From NCBI GenBank assembly GCA_965214775.1, contig OZ243974.1, positions 800,001 through 864,000 on the forward strand: a stretch of 64,000 nucleotides of DNA. The letters are read 5' to 3'. Below, piece after piece: positions 9,081 to 18,260 of this stretch (its first letter is position 1; each line of letters begins with the position of its first letter). Under the pieces are notes generated by a model that was not told the DNA's origin, searched no databases, and saw nothing but the letters and a program-made list of their open reading frames with translations. A program made the translations under genes and the position numbers. The stretch comes from Nitrosopumilus sp. Its GTDB lineage: Archaea; Thermoproteota; Nitrososphaeria; Nitrososphaerales; Nitrosopumilaceae.

Positions 9081-10215
9081 TAGTATCCTCGACTACCAAT
9101 TGATCACAAAAAGGACAATTTTTTTCAACCAAAGGATCTAAGAGCTATTAGTCCCATATATACACATGAAAGGAAAGAAGGAATTACCGACGGGAACAGC
9201 GTTCCTGTACGGGATAGCAAGCAAGGACGAGCTTTTTAGGATGCACAAGTCCGAGAAGGACGCCAAGGCGGCAATCCGGCTCCTTGCATACCACATGAGA
9301 AAGTGCGGCGCGAGCATATATGATATTGCCGAGAAGCTGAGCAGGCCGTATGGAACCGTACGATACTGGCTGGTGCGTGCGCACAAGCATGGCCTGGAGG
9401 GCAGGTTTGACATAAAGCATGGCGCCCCGTGCAGGCTCGACAAGAAACAGCTTGAACGGCTGCGCGCAGACCTGATCAAGGGCCCGGACAACTGCGGCTT
9501 TAAGGCCACAACATGGACAGGGCCGCTGGTCATTGCCCACGTCAAAAAGAAGTTCGGCATCACGTATGCAGAAACGAGCATGTACGACCTGCTGCACAGA
9601 ATCGGCTTCTCATGCAGAAAGCCCAGGCCAAAACACCCAAAATCAGCCTCAGAATCCGAGAAAAAGGAGTTCAAAAAAAAAGCTAGGCAGAGCGCAAAGT
9701 ACTATTCAAAAAAGGGGTACACGGTAATGATAGGCGACGAGTCCATGTTCATACTGGGATGGAACGTCAAGAACAGCTGGTACCCCGTAGGAGAGCCGGT
9801 CTATACGCCCGTCAGCCTGTCTAGGAAGCGGTTCTATGTCATAGGGGCCCTCTCAAGAAACAGGTTTGACTATCGCTTTTACGAAAAGGCCAACACGGGA
9901 ACGTTCTACAAGTTTCTCAGGACACTGCGCCGCAAGTACGGCAAGGTGTTGTTGTTTGTCGACAACGCATCGTACCACAAGTCAGCAGAACTCAATAGAA
10001 AGATGGCCAAGTGGAACGGGGACGTGGTGCTAAAGTACCTGCCGCCGTACGCGCCGGAGCTTAACAACTCGGAGGGGCAGTGGCGCGGGTTCAAAAAGGC
10101 GACTTCAAACTGCCTTTACAAGACCGTCAAGGAGATGCAGAGATCACTGCGCAGTATGACGCGCAGGGGCGAGATAAAGGTGGTAAAGATGAACAAATGG
10201 CTGACGTAGATACTA
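9081..10215 (+). mobile_element. IS630-family element type B, copy 1 (1135 bp), flanked by CG
   Basis: Ends TAGTATC...GATACTA; near-identical to 47266-48400. Confidence 0.95.
9166..10209 (+). CDS. IS630 transposase (single unframeshifted ORF)
   Basis: HTH region, GDES, DNASYH and LPPYAPELNNSE motifs. Confidence 0.95.
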   Translation: MKGKKELPTGTAFLYGIASKDELFRMHKSEKDAKAAIRLLAYHMRKCGASIYDIAEKLSRPYGTVRYWLVRAHKHGLEGRFDIKHGAPCRLDKKQLERLRADLIKGPDNCGFKATTWTGPLVIAHVKKKFGITYAETSMYDLLHRIGFSCRKPRPKHPKSASESEKKEFKKKARQSAKYYSKKGYTVMIGDESMFILGWNVKNSWYPVGEPVYTPVSLSRKRFYVIGALSRNRFDYRFYEKANTGTFYKFLRTLRRKYGKVLLFVDNASYHKSAELNRKMAKWNGDVVLKYLPPYAPELNNSEGQWRGFKKATSNCLYKTVKEMQRSLRSMTRRGEIKVVKMNKWLT

Positions 10216-10302
10216 CGCAACAGCGGATGAGATACAAAGCCGTCAATCCAGACCAATCCGTCCTTCACGATTGTCCTCATGCCCACACGTCATCACATGC
10301 CG

Positions 10303-10632
10303 TCAGAACAACAGATTCGTCCTTTGCTTTGAGATGTATTCTATGCGAACCCCGTCCATCTCACTGTATTTTTTCTCGACCTCGTCTAACAGCGTCGAGT
10401 GATCCTTGTTGCTGGCGCAGATCTTCTCGTCACAGACAGCTACGTACATGCCGCCATGGTCCTTTCTTAGCGCCTCCCGGTTATCTGCAATCCAGTTTGC
10501 ATTGGCAGTGAATTTGTGAAGGCCTGACATCATCTTGTCATAGTCTCTGACAAGCAATTCGGCCGTCCTTTTGGTAAGCGGATCTGACGGAGAACAGCCA
10601 ACAAAGGTAATGTCGGACTCACGGATTGGCAT
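10303..10632 (-). CDS. DUF5678-like protein
   Basis: WIADNREALRKDHGGMYVAVCDEKICAS pattern; lies upstream of the aspartyl protease. Confidence 0.7.
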   Translation of the reverse strand: MPIRESDITFVGCSPSDPLTKRTAELLVRDYDKMMSGLHKFTANANWIADNREALRKDHGGMYVAVCDEKICASNKDHSTLLDEVEKKYSEMDGVRIEYISKQRTNLLF

Positions 10633-10694
10633 TAGATAACACCTACCTGTACTTGGATATCGTCATATAAAAACCACATAACCAAGATAGTCGT

Positions 10695-11746
10695 TGTCTT
10701 ATATGGAAATTAGGTTCGCCTAAGATTTTGAGAAAAGCCAAGGAATACTTTACCCTTTACCGATCAAGAAAAAAGATGAAAAGACAGTACTTACAGAACG
10801 ACAGATAAGATACGCCACAAGACAGCGTAAGAAGGGCAGGACGCTCAAGGTAATAGCATCAGAGCTGGAGGTGACGCCACAGTACGTGGGCAGGCTTTGT
10901 GCCGAGTTCGAAAGAACCGGCGTAATACACGTGCAAAAGAGTCCCGGCAGGCCAGCATCGCCGCCGCCCTCAAGCGACGAGGTCCAGACTGTGCTTCGCC
11001 TGTACGCCGAGCAGGACATCGGTGTGGTTCGCACGGCTAAGCGTGCAAGGGAGCAACTGAATATAAGCTACGACTCTGTATACAGGATAATGAGTGAGAA
11101 CAAGCTGGTATCAAAGTCTGCTACAAGATCCGGACAGCGCAAGTGGCTGCGCTATGAACGCAAGTACTCCAACGCAATGTGGCACGTGGACTGGCACGAT
11201 ATGAAGGATCCGCGCCTGAGAGGGCTCAAATTAGTCACGTTTTTGGACGATTCATCCCGGTGTATCATGGCGGCACGGACGTTTGCCGAGGCCACATCAG
11301 AAAACGTGGTGATAACCCTCAGGGATGCCATAGACAGATTTGGCACGCCGGCTACCATACTGTCTGACAACGGCAGGTGTTTCAACGGCGGCCGTAGCAA
11401 GAAGAACATGCCACGCGAAACGTGGAAGCCGACTGCATTTGAGGCCGAGCTGCTGGACCGGGGCATCGGGCTGATAAACTCCAGGCCGTACCATCCGGAG
11501 ACCAACGGCAAGTTGGAACGGTTCCACGGCAGCATAGAGGCTGAGATCCGCCACTATGAGAGCTTGGATGCATACATCAAGTATTACAACGAGCGCAGGC
11601 TACACTTTGGGCTGGACATAGCCCACCGCCAGACACCCATCATGGCGTTCTCGGACAAAACTGCCACAGAAGCGATCAGGAAATCCGACCCAAAATGGAT
11701 GGAGAGGGACATCAATGAATAGCGGACATTATTTCCATATAACACA
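10695..11746 (+). mobile_element. IS481-family element
   Basis: TGT...ACA ends with imperfect IR TGT(C/G)TTATATGGAAAT; rve-type transposase. Confidence 0.85.
10871..11722 (+). CDS. IS481 transposase; frame open upstream to about 10724 without a canonical start, so possibly a pseudogene
   Basis: WHVD, LDDSSR, SDNG and PETNGKLERF motifs. Confidence 0.85.
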   Translation: MTPQYVGRLCAEFERTGVIHVQKSPGRPASPPPSSDEVQTVLRLYAEQDIGVVRTAKRAREQLNISYDSVYRIMSENKLVSKSATRSGQRKWLRYERKYSNAMWHVDWHDMKDPRLRGLKLVTFLDDSSRCIMAARTFAEATSENVVITLRDAIDRFGTPATILSDNGRCFNGGRSKKNMPRETWKPTAFEAELLDRGIGLINSRPYHPETNGKLERFHGSIEAEIRHYESLDAYIKYYNERRLHFGLDIAHRQTPIMAFSDKTATEAIRKSDPKWMERDINE

Positions 11747-11817
11747 CCAGCCAGACGGGCCTGTAGCTGCACGGTACGCGGACTCTGCCACATTCATACG
11801 CGTCATCTGATGCTATT

Positions 11818-11900
11818 TATAGCAACGAGCAGAAATAATTGAGGTTTTTTACGTGTAGTTATGGCCTACTTTGACTCAAAGACTTCTGCCCGTTGCTATA
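11818..11900. mobile_element. IS630 type A-derived MITE (TATAGCAACG...CGTTGCTATA)
   Basis: 10-bp IR including TA; same end as the IS630 at 345-354; partial reverse copy at 35237-35305. Confidence 0.85.
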
Positions 11901-12120
11901 CTTTGCATGCACGGTAGACTTTCAATCGGAATGTTTCGATCCGGTCGATTACGCATAAGGTCTTCTGCCTTTCTATGTACCGGAGCGATTTTTCCTCCAG
12001 TCTTTTCTTCACGTTTTTTGATCGGTGCAGCCTGAAATAATCCTTCAAAGCACGCCTGATCTTGGGCCGAACTAATTTTCGTATGATAGAGTGCCCAAGA
12101 TTACACAGAACCTTTCCCAT
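11896..12120 (-). pseudogene. Basic ORF fragment, possibly a transposase N-terminus truncated by the MITE
   Basis: Very basic 74 aa ending in the MITE end; family not recognised. Confidence 0.3.
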
Positions 12121-12179
12121 CGCCAGAAAACTCTTGAAATTCCTTCAACTTTTTATTCTCAGCCCGGCATGATGCATTG

Positions 12180-13229
12180 ATGAGTAAAACAGAAAACCTT
12201 CTTGAAAAAATTCAAGTTCTCATTACAGATAACAAATTCAGACAGGCAATCACGGCTTGTGATCACATCTTAAAGACAAACAAAAAAAATTTTCAAGCAA
12301 ATTTTAACAAGGCGAATCTTTTGGCAGAGATTGGGTTCCACAAAAAATCATTATCGTATTACAACAAAGCGTTAAAGATAATCCCGGATGAACCTTTAGC
12401 CTTGTTCAACCTTGGTACAACTTTGTATGATTTGGACAGGTATGATGAAGCTATACGCATGTTTGACAAAGTGATAAAAATTCAACCAAAAAACGTTGAT
12501 GCGATATGCAACAAGGCAAATACGTTTGTGGCTCTTGGAAAACATAAACAGGCAATGTCAAACTATGATAAGGCCTTGAAAATATCCCCGGATGACATTG
12601 TAATTCTTAACAACAAGGGAATTGTTTTTGCTGGAAAGTCAAAGCACGAAGAGGCAATAAAATGCTTTGATGCGGCGCTGAAAATAAATCCGGATGACAT
12701 GTATTCCTTGTGCAACAAAGGAAATTCTTTGGCAGAACTGGAGGATTTTGGCGAAGCTGCAATATGTTTTGAGTCAGCCTTGGAGATCAACCCTACGGAT
12801 TATGACGTATATTTCAGGTTGGGAGTTGCCTATGCAAATACCAATCGGCCAAAAGAGGCAATTCTCTGCTTTAACAGGGTTCTAAAAAAAGATCCTTCCC
12901 ATACTGATGCGTTGATAAACAAGGGAATTGCCTACATTGCATTAGAAAAGTACAAACATTCTGTTCAGTCTTTTGAGAAAGCACTTGCAATTGACAAGCA
13001 GAATACAGATGCCATGTATCATAAGGCACAATGCCTAGCAGAGATTGGCAGGCATGCTCAAGCAGTTTCCCTGCTTTGCAAGATTGCTGCAAAAAAAGAA
13101 AAAACCCATGATCACCATAATCATGAGCATGAACGTTTGTCTCTAAAAGAAAAAATTCTCAAGGATGCCCATTTTGCAAAGGTGAAAAAAGAAGAAAGCT
13201 ATTCATCCCTTATACAGAATCTTCATTAG
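12180..13229 (+). CDS. TPR-repeat protein with His-rich C-terminal patch
   Basis: Eight or nine 34-aa TPR units; HDHHNHEHE. Confidence 0.9.
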   Translation: MSKTENLLEKIQVLITDNKFRQAITACDHILKTNKKNFQANFNKANLLAEIGFHKKSLSYYNKALKIIPDEPLALFNLGTTLYDLDRYDEAIRMFDKVIKIQPKNVDAICNKANTFVALGKHKQAMSNYDKALKISPDDIVILNNKGIVFAGKSKHEEAIKCFDAALKINPDDMYSLCNKGNSLAELEDFGEAAICFESALEINPTDYDVYFRLGVAYANTNRPKEAILCFNRVLKKDPSHTDALINKGIAYIALEKYKHSVQSFEKALAIDKQNTDAMYHKAQCLAEIGRHAQAVSLLCKIAAKKEKTHDHHNHEHERLSLKEKILKDAHFAKVKKEESYSSLIQNLH

Positions 13230-13668
13230 TTGAAATTTGGTTTGGGCTAGACGGAATGCGTTTTCCATTTGGGGATATTTTCGGATCTCCAAGAATTGAA
13301 GAAAGCGAATTTGTAAATTCGTCACTCATATGATGTTCCATGCCACAGACAATTTTGTCATCCGGTTTGATCTTTAGATGATTTACCATCAATACTTCTA
13401 GCAATCTGCTTTTTCTTACAATGCCTGCCCCAATTTCTTTTCCTTGGTCTGTCAGCTGAATATCCAGTTTGGTGTACTTTGCAAATCCCATTTCCTCAAG
13501 TTTTTTCATCATCTGCACCACGCTTGGCTGCCTGATTCTTAGCATGTTGGCAATTGTGCTTATTCTGATCGGTTTGTTGTTTTCATTTGTCAGCCACATT
13601 GCCTTTAGATACATTTCAACGTGCTCTTTTGGGGCGGTTCCCACATAGAGTTTTTCCTCAGTTGTCAT
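13210..13668 (-). CDS. DtxR/MntR-family metal-dependent repressor
   Basis: EMYLKAM...PSVVQMMKKL...CGMEHHMS motifs. Confidence 0.9.
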   Translation of the reverse strand: MTTEEKLYVGTAPKEHVEMYLKAMWLTNENNKPIRISTIANMLRIRQPSVVQMMKKLEEMGFAKYTKLDIQLTDQGKEIGAGIVRKSRLLEVLMVNHLKIKPDDKIVCGMEHHMSDEFTNSLSSILGDPKISPNGKRIPSSPNQISTNEDSV

Positions 13669-13915
13669 CTTTGCAGTCCGTTGCCTCCTCGTTAATCTTT
13701 AGAATATAGGTAGACCTGACATTTTTAATCTTTCGAATCTTCCACGTAATTGTCTCATTAAGCTCCTCTAGCGTTGATGCCTCTACTTTAACAAGAACGT
13801 CATATGGCCCGGTAATGCATTGTGTCTCCGTGACCTGGGAAATTTCTTTGAGATGTGAGATTACATCTTTTTCATTGTTTTCGGTGCAGTTTAACAATAC
13901 AAATGCTGCTGGCAA
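13658..13915 (-). CDS. Lrp/AsnC ligand-binding domain protein
   Basis: ITGPYDVLVKVEA...KIRKIKNVRST. Confidence 0.9.
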   Translation of the reverse strand: MPAAFVLLNCTENNEKDVISHLKEISQVTETQCITGPYDVLVKVEASTLEELNETITWKIRKIKNVRSTYILKINEEATDCKDDN

Positions 13916-14070
13916 TTTTTTCCTCCGTCAGTTTTTGACATTGTTTTTGCTTTGTTAGAACTCACTCTTGCGACTGTTTTTTGCGCATCTGCCAATGTAA
14001 CAGGCTCGGATTTGATCATGTTGAATATTTTTTTGACACTATGATCATATGCAATCCATATTTCTTTCAT
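13891..14070 (-). CDS. Small ORF, diverged paralog of 14598..14786
   Basis: 59 aa; WIAYDHSVKKIFNMIKSEPVTL aligns with WVAYDVKARKKVKMVDPRLVTL. Confidence 0.45.
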   Translation of the reverse strand: MKEIWIAYDHSVKKIFNMIKSEPVTLADAQKTVARVSSNKAKTMSKTDGGKNCQQHLYC

Positions 14071-14180
14071 GCCAATACTGGGTTTTGAGTATATTAATTA
14101 TTTTTCTTATTGTATTAAATATTGATAAAATCAGCATAATTTTTAATAACTAGTGAGTAATATTTCAGGTAGAAACCGAA

Positions 14181-14264
14181 ATGACTGCCATTCCTACGCA
14201 TTGCCAACCACATGCATTTTACACGACAAGAATTTCAGTTTTTAACATGCCGGTGAAACAATGA
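14181..14264 (+). CDS. Putative leader peptide (27 aa)
   Basis: MTAIPTHCQPHAFYTTRISVFNMPVKQ; ATGA overlap with the next gene; similar to 14898..14972. Confidence 0.35.
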   Translation: MTAIPTHCQPHAFYTTRISVFNMPVKQ

Positions 14265-14458
14265 AATTAACCAAGCAAGAAGATCAAGACGAGAAAAATG
14301 TCAATGAGATCAGAATTGAGATAAACGATTCATCTTCAACCCATAACAACAATTTTGCCATTACTCTAAGATCAAAAAAAGTGGATGTAGACAAGTTACT
14401 CCCCATGGCAAAAGAATGGGTAATGGAACACAAACAGAAAACCTGGCTTGAAAAATAA
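14261..14458 (+). CDS. Small hypothetical protein
   Basis: 65-aa ORF. Confidence 0.55.
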   Translation: MKLTKQEDQDEKNVNEIRIEINDSSSTHNNNFAITLRSKKVDVDKLLPMAKEWVMEHKQKTWLEK

Positions 14459-14597
14459 TCTCTCAGTTATCCTGCCTTTCAAGTCCAAGGATAAACGCCA
14501 AAAAAATTCAAACCGGGTTAAAAAACTGCATGTACAATGATTTTTGAATGTAAAAAAGAATGATTGATGGTTTCTTCTCTTTTGTAAGAGATTGATC

Positions 14598-14786
14598 TTA
14601 TTGAGACTTGAAAATTTTTGCATCTTCAGGACCGATGATCCTAAAGAGCGAAATTCCAGTCTCTGCACTTGTACCCTTGAGAGCCATTTTGCCATTCTTC
14701 AGGGTCACAAGTCTAGGATCTACCATCTTGACTTTCTTTCTTGCTTTTACATCATAAGCAACCCATTCTTTAGTCATACTTTTCAT
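14598..14786 (-). CDS. DUF5679/Cren7-like small basic protein, cysteine-free variant
   Basis: AYDVKARKKVKMVDPRLVTLKNGKMALKGTSAETGISLFRI pattern. Confidence 0.7.
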   Translation of the reverse strand: MKSMTKEWVAYDVKARKKVKMVDPRLVTLKNGKMALKGTSAETGISLFRIIGPEDAKIFKSQ

Positions 14787-14897
14787 TCGTGTATGTGTAT
14801 ATTAAAACAATGCATAATTAATATTAACAATTATTAAAATTAAAATAGTTCTTAATAAAATATAAATACTCCGTGTACCGTAAAAGAACATAATGCC

Positions 14898-14972
14898 ATG
14901 CTTCAACCACATGCAGCCCTGACATACAGATGCTCATTTTTCGCATGGCATTATCTAACAATTTGGATGTAA
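14898..14972 (+). CDS. Putative leader peptide (24 aa) or structured leader
   Basis: MLQPHAALTYRCSFFAWHYLTIWM; stops 4 nt before the next ATG. Confidence 0.3.
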   Translation: MLQPHAALTYRCSFFAWHYLTIWM

Positions 14973-14976
14973 CAAA

Positions 14977-15387
14977 ATGGATGAAAAATCAAGATATCAC
15001 GTATATAAACTAGAACGAGAAAAGGATCTCTTTTGCAGTGTTCTAAACGTCAGTGGGACAGGCAGCGCAAATATTTATCAAATTGAAGATTCTGATTATT
15101 TCTATTCGGCATATTACTTTTCTGATGGCCATCTTACTGATATTAATCTCTATTATGTCAGAAGCAAGATATTACAAGACACGATTACTCGTAAAGGCAA
15201 TGTTATAAAATTTGAACCGGGTACCGGAGAATGGAATTCTCATCAGGGCGAACTAAAAGACATCTATTGCTGGCTGTTTGTTCTTAGAATCATCTCTTCA
15301 TCATCTAAAGAGATTAAGGAAATTTACAAGCTTGAGGAAGAATATGAAAGAAAGTACGGAATTAGACAGTTGGCCTTGACAGAATAG
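14977..15387 (+). CDS. Hypothetical protein
   Basis: 136-aa ORF. Confidence 0.6.
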   Translation: MDEKSRYHVYKLEREKDLFCSVLNVSGTGSANIYQIEDSDYFYSAYYFSDGHLTDINLYYVRSKILQDTITRKGNVIKFEPGTGEWNSHQGELKDIYCWLFVLRIISSSSKEIKEIYKLEEEYERKYGIRQLALTE

Positions 15388-15389
15388 GA

Positions 15390-15614
15390 GTGAAAGTCAT
15401 GTCCCCAGACAGGAAAACAATATACTTTGATCATAAAGGAGATTTTGAGATTTTGGCTGATGACGAAACTTTCCAGGTAGACATGCAATCAATTCAAAAA
15501 ATAGTGTTTACAGATCACAAAAACAAGATACGATACTTGTTCTCAAAGTTTAGAACCGAGATGATAGACGATGATCTAATTCAAATTGACAGCACCGGTT
15601 TACAAAGCAACTAG
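15390..15614 (+). CDS. Small hypothetical protein
   Basis: 74-aa ORF, 2 nt after the previous stop. Confidence 0.55.
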   Translation: MKVMSPDRKTIYFDHKGDFEILADDETFQVDMQSIQKIVFTDHKNKIRYLFSKFRTEMIDDDLIQIDSTGLQSN

Positions 15615-15983
15615 TTTTACCGTATCCATTTTTTTATCAGTAAGAAATCCTTGTGTAATTGCTTGGATCTTTTTTGAATCTCCATCCAAGAAAAACATCT
15701 CCATGCATCTTTCTCCATCAATTTTGTTGTGAAGATGTGTTTTAATCAGATCCTCATAATCATGCTTTATTCCTGCAACTTGATCATCGTGCTCATCTGC
15801 ATGGACCACAATCAACACTGCATTCTGCTTTCCTTTCAATTCTCTTTTTTGTTTCTCCTCTTGTACAAAAGTTCTGATTCCGGCGCGAATAATTTCAGAT
15901 CTCCCGGTGAATCCCATGGAACCCTGCAGTTTGTCAAGTTCCTTTAAAATCCCATCATTAAGAGAGATTGAAACGATTGCCAA
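15600..15983 (-). CDS. NikR/CopG-family ribbon-helix-helix metal-responsive regulator
   Basis: IVSISL...GRSEIIRAGIR; HLH..C.E metal-site motif. Confidence 0.9.
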   Translation of the reverse strand: MAIVSISLNDGILKELDKLQGSMGFTGRSEIIRAGIRTFVQEEKQKRELKGKQNAVLIVVHADEHDDQVAGIKHDYEDLIKTHLHNKIDGERCMEMFFLDGDSKKIQAITQGFLTDKKMDTVKLVAL

Positions 15984-16141
15984 TGGCTGGAATGTTATTA
16001 ATTGTTATTTAAACCTAATATCATTTCTTAATAATTTTAACAAAAACCAAGCCTATTGGATTATTAACATAAAAATTCGCTCTTTCAGTTTTTTATTAAG
16101 TTTATATTATATTATTAATAACCATCCCACAACGTGATAAA

Positions 16142-17446
16142 ATGAAAAGCTTGTCAATTGCTGCCATAGGTGTTGGAATCGCCGCAGCTATAGCTGTTGC
16201 AATTGCAGTGACAATGTCAGGAGTTTCTGACAGTCCAGAACTTTCTGAAAACTACATGGGCAAGACAAATGAAGCTGACATGTCTTTGCAGGAAAGCAAG
16301 ATACGGGTTCTGGCCTCTTTTTATCCATATTATGAATTTACAAAAAATGTAGCAGGTGATTCTGCAACAGTTGTTCAGTACATGCCATCCGGAGTAGGAG
16401 CACATGATTGGGAACCAAGACCCCAAGAGATTCAGGCGTTGAAAGATGCGGATGTTTTTGTGTATAATGGATTAGGAATGGAGCCTTATATCGATAACAT
16501 GATTGATTCAGGCGAGTTTGACAATGTTTTGTTTGTTAAAGCCTCTGAAGGAGTTGAACTGATAAAACCTGAGGACGGACATGATGAGCACGCAGAAGAA
16601 GAGGCACATGATGAGCACGCAGAAAACTTTGCAAGAGAGATAGAGCACGTAATAGAAGAATTTGAACACGGTCACATTGATGCAGTCCAGGCACTTGGCG
16701 AGATAGAAGAGATTCTGCACGAGCATGAAGGAGACGGGCATGATCATGGAAATGAAACTATTGAGAGAATTGAGTCAGTAATGCATGAAATTGAGGACGG
16801 ACATATGAGTGCAGAAGAAGGACTAGAGAAAATCCACCATGTTGTTTTAGAAATCAAGGAGGACGGACATGATGAGCACGCAGAAGAAGATGAACACGGA
16901 CATCATCATCACGACTTTGAGTTTGACCCGCACATCTGGTTGGATCCAGTTTTGGTAAAGCAACAAGTAAACAATATTCGAGATGCACTAATTGAGGCAG
17001 ATCCACAAAACACAGAACAGTACAAACAAAATGCCATGGCATACAATGAAGAACTAGACCAATTAGACATGAACATAAAGTCGTCCTTGGCATCATGCAA
17101 GAAAGACACCTTTGTTCCATATCATAATGCATTCACATATCTTGCCGAAAGATATGACCTCAAAGTTATGGCTCTTGGCGGATTAGCTCCGGATTCAGAG
17201 GCAACTGCTGCAGAGATTTCAGAATTTATCGACTTTGTAAGGGAAAATGACGTAAAGGTAATTTTTAATGAAGAACTAATTGATCAAAGACTAGCAGAGG
17301 TCATTGCAGAAGAATCGGGCGCAACAGTAATGCTGTTTAGCCCATTAGAGGTGCTAGCACCTGAAGAATTAGGGAAAAACATATCATACATCGACAAGAT
17401 GGAACAAAATATGGATTCCCTGAAGGTGGCCCTTGAGTGTCAATGA
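16142..17446 (+). CDS. znuA: Zn/Mn ABC transporter substrate-binding protein with long His/Glu-rich insert
   Basis: AHDWEP, DPHIWLDP and HNAFTY motifs. Confidence 0.9.
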   Translation: MKSLSIAAIGVGIAAAIAVAIAVTMSGVSDSPELSENYMGKTNEADMSLQESKIRVLASFYPYYEFTKNVAGDSATVVQYMPSGVGAHDWEPRPQEIQALKDADVFVYNGLGMEPYIDNMIDSGEFDNVLFVKASEGVELIKPEDGHDEHAEEEAHDEHAENFAREIEHVIEEFEHGHIDAVQALGEIEEILHEHEGDGHDHGNETIERIESVMHEIEDGHMSAEEGLEKIHHVVLEIKEDGHDEHAEEDEHGHHHHDFEFDPHIWLDPVLVKQQVNNIRDALIEADPQNTEQYKQNAMAYNEELDQLDMNIKSSLASCKKDTFVPYHNAFTYLAERYDLKVMALGGLAPDSEATAAEISEFIDFVRENDVKVIFNEELIDQRLAEVIAEESGATVMLFSPLEVLAPEELGKNISYIDKMEQNMDSLKVALECQ

Positions 17447-18243
17447 CAAGTGTGCTAGAAGTTGACGATCTTGTCATAGGCTACGATGATCACATAGCAG
17501 TAGACAAAGTCAGCTTTGATGTCCAAGAAGGGGACATACTTGGCATTGTGGGTCCTAACGGCGCAGGCAAAACAACACTGTTTCGAGCAATTTTGGGATT
17601 GCAGAAATATTCTGGAAAGATCAAGATGTTTGGGTTGGAAGATTCAAAGTATCATTCACTGCTACATATGATCGGATATGTGCCACAAAAGGTAATTTTT
17701 GAGCCAAACTTTCCTGCAACGGTTTATGATGTTGTGTCAATGGGCATCATATCTAAGAAAAAACTTGTCAGGGGGGCAAAGTTTGTCCAGCAGTGTGGCT
17801 GCTGTTGGAATCAAATTTACAGCAATCTTGGAGACAACAACAAGGTCATGACAGCGCTAAAAACCGTAGGTCTTGAATCTCTAAAAAACAGAAGAATTGG
17901 GGAACTCTCAGGCGGCGAATTACAACGCGTCTTTATTGCAAAGTGCCTTGTCAAGGATCCGTTGTTGCTAATTCTAGACGAGCCCGTAGCAAGCGTGGAC
18001 GTTGAATCACAAAGTAAATTCTATGATCTAATAAAGAAAATCAACCAAGAAAACCAAATCACAGTCGTTTGGTCATCACATGACTTGGATGCGATATCAA
18101 AGTATGCAAGCAGAGTCGCATGCATGAATAAAAAACTGTTTTTCCATGGGGAGAAAGAGGAATTCTTTTCAAACAAGGATCTTCTAAAAACATATACCGA
18201 GTCATCAATGCAAATGCACATGCGTCATCATGGTTACCATTAG
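17443..18243 (+). CDS. znuC: Metal ABC transporter ATPase
   Basis: GPNGAGKT, LSGGE and LDEP motifs. Confidence 0.9.
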   Translation: MTSVLEVDDLVIGYDDHIAVDKVSFDVQEGDILGIVGPNGAGKTTLFRAILGLQKYSGKIKMFGLEDSKYHSLLHMIGYVPQKVIFEPNFPATVYDVVSMGIISKKKLVRGAKFVQQCGCCWNQIYSNLGDNNKVMTALKTVGLESLKNRRIGELSGGELQRVFIAKCLVKDPLLLILDEPVASVDVESQSKFYDLIKKINQENQITVVWSSHDLDAISKYASRVACMNKKLFFHGEKEEFFSNKDLLKTYTESSMQMHMRHHGYH

Positions 18244-18260
18244 CAAATCAGGCAGAAAAG

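Larger units (their letters stand above)
8715..10280 (-). pseudogene. Retropepsin-like (clan AA) aspartyl protease interrupted by IS630
   Basis: Removing the IS restores MRTIVK...HPLLRDGNFIKTRFLVDTGA...LFGTDLL in frame. Confidence 0.85.

Noticed and set aside
9081-10215. Terminal TA as the IS630 target duplication
   Set aside because: Leaving TA plus both CGs adds 4 bp and breaks the frame of both host genes; the CG model restores it.
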